64,000 nucleotides of DNA from Clostridiales bacterium (GCA_012838425.1 DUPG01000014.1:1541-65540), one strand, 5' to 3'. Positions 1 to 8,511 are shown, counted from the stretch's first letter. Notes: generated by a model not told the origin, from the sequence alone. Numbers and translations are program-made.

Positions 1-2241
1 TTTATGTGAATATAACGACACTGAGTATCGTCCAAGTTGGCGCAGCAGTTTCCGTTTGGTGTCAATATCTGTTGCTTTTGTATATTCGCCTACAAGTTTC
101 TTGCTATCCTTATATGGTACAATAACGCTTGTTGTGCGATTGTCAATTACTGAAAATACTTCTCCTGCGGTTTGAAATGCTTGCACTAAAGCCGGACAAT
201 CATTTCTCCCCCTATTTTGAATGGCGCCTCTTCCTTTAATATTGCAAGATAATAAGTCGTAAAGGTTGACTGCGCCCTCCCCGATCGGATAGCTCATTTT
301 TGTTCTATGTACATTGAAATAACGGTTGTAATAGTTTTGAATAACATTACTTGACAATATATCGTATTCCGAGTTGCTTGAAAGTATAGCATAGGTGATG
401 TCCGCACCGGTTTTGATTTCTGGAAGCATACCTATATTCTCATTTTCTAAGTTAACAATATAAACATTTTTTCCGTTTGGGTCTTCTCCATTGCGGTTAC
501 AGCGGCCTGCTGCCTGCGCTATACTGTCTAATCCGGCAATTACCCGAATTACACAGTTGAAAGAAATATCAACTCCCGCTTCTATTAACTGTGTGCTAAT
601 GCATATAGTGTTCTTTAGATTATTTTTTTTCATATCATTTATCGTATCTAATCTATGCGCAGGACACATATTTGTACTAAGATGCACTAGTTTTATATTT
701 TCGTGTGGATTATTTTCTAAGTAGCTGTTTATTGATCTATAAAGTGCCTCGGCAGTTTTCTTAGTGTTGAGTATAACAAGACAGTTGCTTTCCTTGTTGT
801 ATTTGCTCAATACAAAATCTCTTAGTTCTTCTAACGTGTAGCCACCTGGTTTGATGCATTTCTTTATACGCGTTCGCTTTAATTTAGCAAAGTCGTTACT
901 CATATCAGGAATTAAGGAAGGATATTCTGATAATAGTATTGGTTTTTCAATTACCTGTTTATTATCCAGTGGCGGTTGTGTTGCGGTGCAGAGTAGAATA
1001 GTACTTCCTGCGCAATAATGCAGGTAGTTTATTGCTTGGTTAAACAAGTATATGCACTTAGGTGGCAGCGCCTGTACTTCGTCAAATATAAACACAGTGT
1101 TTGCCATGTTGTGGAATTTTCTCAAGTCGCTGCTCTTATGTGAGTATATGCTTTCTAAGAATTGCACCATTGTGGTAAGGATAATTGGGCTATCCCATCT
1201 ATCGGTTAATAGCTTATATGTGTGTGCCTCTTCGGAATCATCGCTGATGATTACATTTGAATGGTGTTCTAATATAAAACTCTCGTCTTGGGTATTAAGC
1301 GCTTCTCTGATATTTTTCGCGGTTTGCTCAATAACTGAGAGGTAGGGTATAACATAAATTACATGTTCCATTTTGTGTTCTTTGGCATGATTTAATGCAA
1401 AGCGTAAACTTGCTAGGGTTTTTCCGCCTCCTGTTGGAACATCTAAACGATATATCCCTTTTGGTCGTTTAGACTCTTCTAAACAGGCGTTTGATATTTT
1501 GCTTCGTATGATGTTTATTTCGGAATCACCTGAAAATGAAGCAAGTTTATTTTCAAGTCGTTGCGCATAATTCCCCCAGTTTGGTATTGCTGCGTAGTTC
1601 ATTGGTTTATTGACCTCAAAGCAATAAGCATTATATCGGTCGGAATCCACCAAACAAGAGAATATGCTCTTAGCAAGCAGGTGAAGCATAAATGGTTTAT
1701 CCAACTTACTATTATTACAACATTCAACAAAACTTTTGATTTCATTGTCGCACTCTTTCAATAGGCTGTCTATATTGTACTTTTGAAGTGTTTTTCCTGC
1801 AGCTTCAAAAATTTCTGTGTAGTTTAAATTTTCATTTTCTTTAATTAGTCTATCTCGCAAAGGCGTTTCACCCTCAGGTGATATTCCGTCCATTAAGCCT
1901 CCATGGTGGCAAGCAATGCAGATAGATATTAATTCCTTTATTAGTAAATTGGCATTAGCTTCATACACATATTTTGCACCTTGTGTTGAATGGATTACCG
2001 TGCCCATTCCAATTGCTTTTTCACCACGCATTTCAGCTTCATGGCTTCTATAAAGGTATTCAACAAACTCTGTCGAGAACTTTCCGATATCATGGAACAA
2101 TGCGGCTGTTCTGCATAAATTTGACGCAGAAAACTTCTTTCCGATAAATGCAGCATACTCAGCGCACTCCAGCAAGTGTTCAGATGTTAGTTGTGCTCGT
2201 CCATCCTTTGTGATGCGTGAAATATACTTTTGCTGATTCAT
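1..2241 (-). CDS. cas3: CRISPR-associated Cas3 (N-terminal HD nuclease + DExD/H helicase); 3' end runs off the left edge of the window
   Basis: Absent from the ORF track because it is an edge ORF. My own reverse-strand translation from the ATG at 2241 gives MNQQKYISRITKDG..LFHDIGKFSTEF..CIACHHGGLMDG (HD domain), VPTGGGKTLASL (Walker A, ~nt 1400) and FIFDEVQALPP (motif II, ~nt 1075). The frame stays open to nt 1 (747 codons). Confidence 0.85.
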   Translation of the reverse strand, partial: MNQQKYISRITKDGRAQLTSEHLLECAEYAAFIGKKFSASNLCRTAALFHDIGKFSTEFVEYLYRSHEAEMRGEKAIGMGTVIHSTQGAKYVYEANANLLIKELISICIACHHGGLMDGISPEGETPLRDRLIKENENLNYTEIFEAAGKTLQKYNIDSLLKECDNEIKSFVECCNNSKLDKPFMLHLLAKSIFSCLVDSDRYNAYCFEVNKPMNYAAIPNWGNYAQRLENKLASFSGDSEINIIRSKISNACLEESKRPKGIYRLDVPTGGGKTLASLRFALNHAKEHKMEHVIYVIPYLSVIEQTAKNIREALNTQDESFILEHHSNVIISDDSEEAHTYKLLTDRWDSPIILTTMVQFLESIYSHKSSDLRKFHNMANTVFIFDEVQALPPKCIYLFNQAINYLHYCAGSTILLCTATQPPLDNKQVIEKPILLSEYPSLIPDMSNDFAKLKRTRIKKCIKPGGYTLEELRDFVLSKYNKESNCLVILNTKKTAEALYRSINSYLENNPHENIKLVHLSTNMCPAHRLDTINDMKKNNLKNTICISTQLIEAGVDISFNCVIRVIAGLDSIAQAAGRCNRNGEDPNGKNVYIVNLENENIGMLPEIKTGADITYAILSSNSEYDILSSNVIQNYYNRYFNVHRTKMSYPIGEGAVNLYDLLSCNIKGRGAIQNRGRNDCPALVQAFQTAGEVFSVIDNRTTSVIVPYKDSKKLVGEYTKATDIDTKRKLLRQLGRYSVSLYSHK

Positions 2242-2611
2242 AGTGCCGTAGTTACAACTCCTATATGGAATATAATATCTTCATGCCCCTATAATACACC
2301 GCCTCATGTACAATAATCTGGACTCAAACCCGTCAATTGCCTGCAATATATTATTGCACATCCGCAAACTTTCATGGGGTATGGATACTCCGGTTTTACA
2401 ATCGGATAATTTCTAGCTATTGTAATTCGTAAAATATCTTTTGTGTTATTCTTTGTGTTGTGTTCAGAATTAATTAGCAGATTTGCACACAACATTCAAT
2501 CGCTACATATAATAACATTTTATTTCTGTTAGCGCAACAATTTTTTATTAAAATTTACAATAATTCATTCAACTTTGTCGAATTGGCTTGTCAAAATAGT
2601 TACTATAATGA

Positions 2612-2654
2612 CGCAAAAACAAGACCATACATCAGGCTTTCCTGTTGTATGGTC
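2612..2654 (-). terminator. Rho-independent terminator downstream of the acyl-CoA ligase gene
   Basis: 9-bp stem gaccataca/tgtatggtc (2623-2631 / 2646-2654), followed on the minus strand by ttgttttt. Confidence 0.6.
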
Positions 2655-2702
2655 ATTGTCAATTGATTAGCATTTGCGAAAGATTAGTTCGAAATATTAG
2701 CC

Positions 2703-4487
2703 TTACCCTTTTCCTGCCCTTTTCCTCGCTTCTTCTTCCTCCAAAATCCTATACGCTACCTTGCCGACAAGCGTTTTAGGCAGCTCGTCGCGGATTTCGA
2801 TTTCAGTAGGCAGGGCGTACTTCGCTATATGCTTCTTGCAGTGCTCTAATATAGACTGCTTAATGGCTTCGGATTTCTCATAACCCGGCTTCAGCATAAC
2901 AAATGCCTTTACCGCCTGTATTTTGTAGGGATGAGGAATTCCTATGCAGCAGCTCATCTGCACTGCTTCGTGCGCGTCGATTACATTTTCAAGCTGTGAA
3001 GGATAAATATTGTAGCCGCTTGAAATTATCATGCGCTTGAGGCGTTGGCTGAAATACAGGTAGCCTTCCTCGTCCATTTTGCCCAAGTCACCGGTGTGCA
3101 GCCAAGTGTAGCCGTCGGGGTGCTTCCTCAGCACATTCTTTGTTTCTTGGGGCTGATTGTTATACCCAATCATTACCGTAGGACCGGTCAAGCAAATCTC
3201 GCCCTCTGTGCCGTAGGGAACCTCCTCAGTAGTGCCTACCTTGCAAATCTTATAATATGTATCGGGCAGCGGGAAGCCTATGCTGCCGGCCTTAGGCACA
3301 TTATATGGATTTATGGCGCTCGCCGTAACGCACTCTGTCAAACCGTAGCCCTCGCGCACTTCAACCTTGCACTTGTGCTCTTTCAGGAAAGTATCTATGC
3401 GCTTTTTCAGCTCCATTGAAAGCGAATCACCGCCCGAGAATACACCGCGCAGGCAGGATAAGTCCGCCTTTTGCATTCCGTCTAAGCGTAAAAGCGCTTC
3501 AAACAGCGTGGGAACGCCGGCAATGTAGTTGGGCCTCTTGCGCTTCAACACCTTCGCGTACTCCTTTAGAACAAGGCGCGGAAGCAGTATTGCCCTACAG
3601 CCATGCGCAAGCACAGTGTGTATGCCTATTCCTAAGCCGAAGCCATGGAATATAGGCATAACCGCAAGCATCGCGTTTCCGGGCTCAATTACCTGGCTCA
3701 TCGCGCCAACCTGCAAGGCAAGCGCGTTGAAGTTGCGGTTTGAAAGCAGTATTCCCTTAGTGGTGCCTGTTGTGCCGCCGCTGTAAAGGATTGCCGAAAC
3801 ATCGTCAGCCTTTTGCTTTGCGCGATACTGTCCTATAAAGCGTCTGCCTTCATCTAAAAAGTCTTTCCAGTGGTAAATGTCCGCGTTCTTAGGAAGCTTC
3901 TGAATCTTTCTGCCCTGTGTAACCTCATAGCCGATTTTCATAGCGGTATTAAGGGCGTCCTTAATGCTTGTGATTATCAGCTTCTTCAGCTTCACCTTGC
4001 CTCTTACAGCCGCGAACTTGTCGTAGAACTGGTCTAATGTGATTGCGCAAACGCTTTTTGAGTCCTTGAGATAGAAAGCGATTTCGCCTTCGCTCGATAG
4101 CGGGTGAATCATGTTCGCAACTGCGCCCATCATATTGACAGCGTAGAACATAATAATACCCTGAGGACAATTCGGCAATGCGATAGTTACAACATCGTTT
4201 TTCCTGATGCCTATGGCTCTCAAAGATTTGGCACAAAGTATAATTTCAGAAATAAATTGAGAATAATTCCGTTTGCGTCCCATAAATTCATAGGCGCAAT
4301 GCTTTGGGTATCTTTGTGCCGCTTCTTCTATGAGCTCAACCATAGTGCAGTCAGGATAAGTCAATGTGTGTGGTACATCGCCGTAGTTCTTCAGCCAAGG
4401 AGCGCGTATCCCATTGACCCGGTACTCCTGTTTGAGCTCGTTTAACTCATTCAACTCTATCACCCTCCTTATATAATGGTTTATCAA
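2703..4487 (-). CDS. AMP-dependent synthetase/ligase (long-chain acyl-CoA synthetase-like)
   Basis: 594 aa with AMP-binding signature ILYSGGTTGTTKGILLSNRN and GYGLTE / TGDLG motifs. The 5' end overlaps the upstream gene by 41 nt. Confidence 0.85.
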   Translation of the reverse strand: MINHYIRRVIELNELNELKQEYRVNGIRAPWLKNYGDVPHTLTYPDCTMVELIEEAAQRYPKHCAYEFMGRKRNYSQFISEIILCAKSLRAIGIRKNDVVTIALPNCPQGIIMFYAVNMMGAVANMIHPLSSEGEIAFYLKDSKSVCAITLDQFYDKFAAVRGKVKLKKLIITSIKDALNTAMKIGYEVTQGRKIQKLPKNADIYHWKDFLDEGRRFIGQYRAKQKADDVSAILYSGGTTGTTKGILLSNRNFNALALQVGAMSQVIEPGNAMLAVMPIFHGFGLGIGIHTVLAHGCRAILLPRLVLKEYAKVLKRKRPNYIAGVPTLFEALLRLDGMQKADLSCLRGVFSGGDSLSMELKKRIDTFLKEHKCKVEVREGYGLTECVTASAINPYNVPKAGSIGFPLPDTYYKICKVGTTEEVPYGTEGEICLTGPTVMIGYNNQPQETKNVLRKHPDGYTWLHTGDLGKMDEEGYLYFSQRLKRMIISSGYNIYPSQLENVIDAHEAVQMSCCIGIPHPYKIQAVKAFVMLKPGYEKSEAIKQSILEHCKKHIAKYALPTEIEIRDELPKTLVGKVAYRILEEEEARKRAGKG

Positions 4488-5376
4488 GTATTTCTGGGTT
4501 TTGCAGAAATTGCTTGAACATTCTTAGCGATTTTGAGAAGTAGTATCCGTCGGCAATGCGCTCGTCAAGCGTAACGCCTATGTCTATCATCTCGTGAAAG
4601 CCTGCAAAGCCGTTCTCGTCAAAAACCGGCTCCTTGTACTTCTCGCCTATTATTACGAATATGGAGTTTGTACCCCAGTTGTTCAAATGGTGATAATGCG
4701 CGTGCAGCTTAATTGAACCTAAATTAGTTATGAACACGCTTGCGTAGTGCGGGTCGTCCTTAATAAGCGCATTGGGAACCTTGCCGTAAAAGTCAAGCAT
4801 GCGTATAAACGCCATTATAGGACGCATTATGAAGCGCGGAATCCTGCTGAAGAAATTCATCTGAACGGTAGAGTTGTTAACCTGTTCGTCCTTTCTTACA
4901 GCGTGAACCTCATTTACTATGCGGTCGTGTATTGTGTCTATGTTGTCGTCCTCGTTAAAGCTCATCATCATAAGCGCTTCTTCGCCGTGATCGCCCATAA
5001 CCTTTTTTGCTACGAAAGCAATGCTCAATTCGTTGCGCTGATATGTGCGATAGCCTTGAACAAAGCGGTTCATTTTAGGACGCAGCATGACCGTTTTTAC
5101 AATAGCAGCAGCTACGCAGTGGAATATTGAGTATTTAGCGTTGGGATTCTCTGCGTTCTTCTTTTTCAGATATTCTTGAATATTGGTAATGTCAACCTTC
5201 TCAACAACAAAGGCTTCACAGTCTGTGCGGTTGGGCATTATGTAGGGCTGAATTGCATGCAAAGGGTCTATGTCTCTCAGCCATACACCGTCTTTACGGT
5301 CGCCCCACTTGCGCTTTATTACACGATTCTTCGAAACCGCAGGCTCAACCGGCGGTTTATTAGTACGAATTTCCAA
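4447..5376 (-). CDS. 2-oxoacid dehydrogenase E2 / CAT-like acyltransferase catalytic-domain protein with no lipoyl domain
   Basis: 309 aa. The C-terminal GVTLDERIADGYYFSKSLRMFKQFLQNPEIL matches the E2 catalytic-domain end motif (DHRxxDG...F...L..P), but Glu replaces the His. Confidence 0.6.
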   Translation of the reverse strand: MEIRTNKPPVEPAVSKNRVIKRKWGDRKDGVWLRDIDPLHAIQPYIMPNRTDCEAFVVEKVDITNIQEYLKKKNAENPNAKYSIFHCVAAAIVKTVMLRPKMNRFVQGYRTYQRNELSIAFVAKKVMGDHGEEALMMMSFNEDDNIDTIHDRIVNEVHAVRKDEQVNNSTVQMNFFSRIPRFIMRPIMAFIRMLDFYGKVPNALIKDDPHYASVFITNLGSIKLHAHYHHLNNWGTNSIFVIIGEKYKEPVFDENGFAGFHEMIDIGVTLDERIADGYYFSKSLRMFKQFLQNPEILDKPLYKEGDRVE

Positions 5377-5603
5377 ATTTATAAGTCCTCCATAATATAA
5401 ATATCAATCCATTCGTATTATAGTATTTTCGTCGAAATATTGCAAACGGCAAATAATGTATTGTAATTTTATCAATAGTATATATGTGTGCGATTGAGAG
5501 TATTCCCTAATAAAGGGCATCTCCGCACATATACCGTCTTAATCCGTTAGGTTGTTGGCAAGCAGCAGTTTCGATAATAATTATATTCATCAGCAAAATT
5601 CGC

Positions 5604-5632
5604 TTGACATGAAAAAGCTAACTGAATACAAT
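5604..5632 (+). promoter_or_regulatory. sigma-A type promoter for the prsA-like gene
   Basis: TTGACA (5604-5609), 17 nt spacer, TACAAT (5627-5632). Confidence 0.55.
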
Positions 5633-5695
5633 ATTCTTTGTGCTTTATGCTCAAAAACTATGCAAAATTACGCAAAGATTAAAGGAGTGCTATAA

Positions 5696-7489
5696 ATGCT
5701 GAGCAAAATGAATCGTATTAAGAGATTGACGGCGGCTGTTTTAGCTTTTGTTTTTGCAGCCACATTATTTGCTTCGTGCAGCGTGAAGATAACAAACCCG
5801 TTGTTGATTCGCGTTGGCGATGTTGAAATCTATATGTCCGAATATATGTCGCTTTTCAATGAGAACCTGCAAACATATTCGCAGGTGTTCGACTTTTCTA
5901 AGCCGGAGGACTTGGTAAGGTATCAGGACATGATATTCGACCGTTTGTTAGAGTATGCAATACTGCTTTACCAGGCTAAGCAGAGGGGCGTTGAGAATTC
6001 GCTCACAGAGGCGCAGCTAAAGGAAGTCAATGATGAGGTTGAAAAGCAGTTCAACGATTTCACACAAGGCTATATCGATCAAGTCAGGAAAGATGAAATC
6101 AGGTATAAGGACTTAGAAAACCTCTATGCTACAAGGCTTACTCAAGCAGAGTTAGACAGCATACCCAAGAAGGTTGATGAATTGGTTAAAAAGGAATTCG
6201 AAACCTATAAGGCAAAGGTTGACGAATCCATAACCGATGAAGAAGAAATCGAGAAAGAAGCCAGGAAGCTGCTTGAAAATGACTTAGAGTTCCAGAAAAA
6301 GACTTATGAAGAATACTTGAAGGACAAGGAGCAGGAAGTGCGCTTCGACCTGATGTTCTCATACTATGCTAAGGACGAAGGCGCTAAGAAACGCGACGAA
6401 GCCTTGAAGGAAGCTGGCAAAACAGTTGAACAGTACATGGCAGAGCTGCGTGAAAATGTAATGAACAACAAAATAGTCGAAGTGCTTAGAGAACAGATAA
6501 AGGCTGAGATTCAGAATATCGAAGCTGGTGCGGACAAGAAGTACTACGATGAGCAGGTTGAGGAGCAAAAGAAGGACTATGATGAAAATCCCTCTATGTT
6601 CTACTCCGCGCAAAACGCATATGATACTGCAGACGAAGATGACAAGGTCGTTATGCCTTTGGTAGTTCCCGAGGGTTATATCAGAGTTATTCACATATTG
6701 TTGAAGACTCCCAACCCGAATGCAACACCCACACCCACGCCCGAACAGCCTAAAGAAACTCCCGCACCCACTGAGGAGCCTTCGGAAACTGTTGACGCTA
6801 CAACGGCTCCCACCACAACTGAGGAGCCCGAGGAAACTGAGGAAGCAACAGCCGAGCCTACCGAGACTCCCGAAGTAACGACCACGCCTGAGGTTACCGC
6901 AACGCCGGAAGCAACAACCACACCCGCAAGCTCGCCTGTCGGCACACCCTCAGAAACGGTTAATCCTTCGGCAACTCCAAAGCCCACAGTTCCTCCTGAG
7001 AGAATAGCAGAGGTTCAAGAGGAAATCGACAAGGCAAAGGTAGAGTGCGGCTACGGTACAGACAATTTTGACGCTGAAAAGTTTATTGAGAAGTTCAGAG
7101 AGCTTGTTGAGAAATACGGTGAAGACGACGGTATGAAGAATGAGCCGTACAAGACATTGGGCTATCTGTACTCCGACGATATTGAGGACAAGTATGTTGA
7201 GGAATTCTCCAAGGCTTGCGCAACGCTCAACTTCAACGGCGATGTAACAGGCGCTGTTGAGAGTGAATACGGCGTACACTTCATAATGCAGGTCGATGAG
7301 TTGGAAGCGCGTACTGTTCCGTTTGAGGAAGCCAAGGAAGAAATAACTGAGTACCTGCTCAAAGAAGCTCAGGAAGATCACTTTGATAAGACCTTGGACG
7401 AGTGGATCGAAACATTGGATATTAAGCAGTATCGCAACAGAATCCGCGCTTACAGCGGCTATGCGCAATACTACACAGGCAATCAATGA
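5696..7489 (+). CDS. PrsA/SurA-like foldase lipoprotein (parvulin-type peptidyl-prolyl isomerase) with a Pro/Thr-rich insertion
   Basis: Signal peptide plus lipobox LFASC. SurA-N-like coiled region. Parvulin elements RVIHILLK ... YGEDDG ... ESEYGVHFIMQV. Confidence 0.75.
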   Translation: MLSKMNRIKRLTAAVLAFVFAATLFASCSVKITNPLLIRVGDVEIYMSEYMSLFNENLQTYSQVFDFSKPEDLVRYQDMIFDRLLEYAILLYQAKQRGVENSLTEAQLKEVNDEVEKQFNDFTQGYIDQVRKDEIRYKDLENLYATRLTQAELDSIPKKVDELVKKEFETYKAKVDESITDEEEIEKEARKLLENDLEFQKKTYEEYLKDKEQEVRFDLMFSYYAKDEGAKKRDEALKEAGKTVEQYMAELRENVMNNKIVEVLREQIKAEIQNIEAGADKKYYDEQVEEQKKDYDENPSMFYSAQNAYDTADEDDKVVMPLVVPEGYIRVIHILLKTPNPNATPTPTPEQPKETPAPTEEPSETVDATTAPTTTEEPEETEEATAEPTETPEVTTTPEVTATPEATTTPASSPVGTPSETVNPSATPKPTVPPERIAEVQEEIDKAKVECGYGTDNFDAEKFIEKFRELVEKYGEDDGMKNEPYKTLGYLYSDDIEDKYVEEFSKACATLNFNGDVTGAVESEYGVHFIMQVDELEARTVPFEEAKEEITEYLLKEAQEDHFDKTLDEWIETLDIKQYRNRIRAYSGYAQYYTGNQ

Positions 7490-7839
7490 AGCGCTTAATA
7501 GCAGGTGTTTACCGCGTTTTTGACAGCAAAAACGAGCTTGGTACAAACCTATTAGGCTATTCCTTCAATATCGAGGGAACATTCAAGCGCTTGCGTCATG
7601 AGTTGACGCTTAACGCAAATCCGAATAAGGCGGCACAAGCCGCCTATTCTGCTTTTGAGGAGCCTAAAATGGAAGTATTGGAGGAGTACTGCGATAACTT
7701 CATCACAGTAGGCAATTTCGAGTACGCCGATGTGAATAACCCGGCGGTAATTCAAACCGTCGAAGCCATGCTGAATACTTGGGCGGACAGGCTGAAAAGC
7801 AAAGGCGCTGCGGTTATACTGCTGCAATATGATGTTTAA
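7486..7839 (+). CDS. Small stand-alone GIY-YIG nuclease-domain protein (putative)
   Basis: 117 aa. AGVYRVF-x11-LGYSFNIEGTFKRLRHEL..NPNKAAQAAY..MEVLEE aligns by eye to GIY-x10-YIGS.N...R...H...L...N..LQ.A....f.vLE of I-TevI/Seg-type domains. ATGA overlap with the prsA-like stop codon. Confidence 0.5.
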   Translation: MKRLIAGVYRVFDSKNELGTNLLGYSFNIEGTFKRLRHELTLNANPNKAAQAAYSAFEEPKMEVLEEYCDNFITVGNFEYADVNNPAVIQTVEAMLNTWADRLKSKGAAVILLQYDV

Positions 7840-7856
7840 TAATGCAAAATAATAAG

Positions 7857-7882
7857 CAAGGGGCGTAAGCCCCTTGTTAGTT
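7857..7882 (+). terminator. Terminator hairpin after the GIY-YIG gene
   Basis: caaggggc-gtaa-gccccttg stem-loop followed by ttagtt (weak T tail). Confidence 0.5.
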
Positions 7883-7890
7883 AGGTGATT

Positions 7891-7945
7891 CGGGGCGTTG
7901 CCCTGCACCCCACTGCTTTTATTGCAGGAAAAGCAGCAAAAGAAC
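7891..7945 (+). repeat. 55-nt intergenic repeat, copy A (GGGGC-loop-GCCC, ACCCCAC, 8-bp hairpin, GCAAARGAAC)
   Basis: 46/55 identical to the reverse complement of 29616-29670. The hairpin ctgctttt/aaaagcag in A corresponds to ctcctttt/aaaaggag in B (compensatory G:C to C:G change). Confidence 0.8.
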
Positions 7946-8084
7946 ACACTGTATGCTCTTTATATAAAGCCAGCAATTTCATGCTGCGCGTCAACGAGCA
8001 TTTCATGTTCGCAAAGCATTTCACAATTCAAAAAGCGAAATATAATACCCATATGGGTATTTCACGCTGTTTACGCGGCATTAT

Positions 8085-8113
8085 TGCAGGGGTGCATTGC
8101 GCGCCGGTTTTTT
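8085..8113 (+). repeat. Second shared module (TGCAGGGG(C)GTGCATTGCG + T-run), copy A
   Basis: tgcaggggtgcattgcg..tttttt here versus tgcaggggcgtgcattgcgttttttt at 29582-29607. Same orientation in both loci, and both are preceded by atatgg(g)tat. Confidence 0.6.
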
Positions 8114-8138
8114 CGGTCAGCAGCTTACATGAGAGCAT

Positions 8139-8164
8139 AAAAAATGACCCGCTTTGTGCGGGCC
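8139..8164 (-). terminator. Rho-independent terminator of the DUF1540 gene
   Basis: Minus strand reads ggcccgc-acaaa-gcgggtc followed by atttttt. Confidence 0.65.
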
Positions 8165-8208
8165 GTAAAGGAGTTAAGAAACATGAAAAAACTAATCAAG
8201 TGGCTTAC

Positions 8209-8391
8209 TTATTTCGGCATATAACTGCCGCAAAGGCTTTCATCTGCCGGGTTGCCTGAGTGGCATTTATCTGTGCCCTGCATCGGTTCAACCTGTATGC
8301 GGCTAAGCTCGCAGTAATTGCCCTCAGCATTGTATCGGCAGCTTTTTACGCTGCATCCTATCGTTTGCGTTCCTATTTTTGTGTGTGACAT
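8209..8391 (-). CDS. DUF1540-type small Cys-rich protein
   Basis: 60 aa. Pattern GCSVKSCRYNAEGNYCELSRIQV is typical of DUF1540 repeats. Confidence 0.6.
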   Translation of the reverse strand: MSHTKIGTQTIGCSVKSCRYNAEGNYCELSRIQVEPMQGTDKCHSGNPADESLCGSYMPK

Positions 8392-8511
8392 AATACCCTC
8401 CTATTGCTTGTTGGTAGTATTATGCACAAAGCAGGCACGCTTTATTCATCAACACCATAAAAAACGGACGAATCAACGCCCGCCTTTTGAAAAAGTCGAA
8501 AAAAGTAATGC

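Noticed and set aside
2588-2610. Promoter-like TTGTCA ... TATAAT on the plus strand
   Set aside because: The spacer is only 10 nt, and there is no downstream plus-strand gene.
2242-2700. Possible CRISPR array or leader in the spacer upstream of cas3
   Set aside because: I read both strands and found no direct repeats of 24-40 nt with regular spacing. The region holds only AT-rich promoter-like DNA and the terminator of the neighbouring ligase gene.
6691-6987. 98-aa Gly/Val/Ser-rich ORF on the minus strand
   Set aside because: It is antisense to the Pro/Thr-rich coding repeat of the prsA-like gene, so it is a compositional artefact.
7885-8259. Track ORFs of 124 aa and 80 aa in the convergent spacer
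   Set aside because: They have no RBS and implausible composition. They span terminators and repeat modules. The partial peptide-level similarity between the repeat copies is limited to 18 codons and is explained by the conserved hairpin element.
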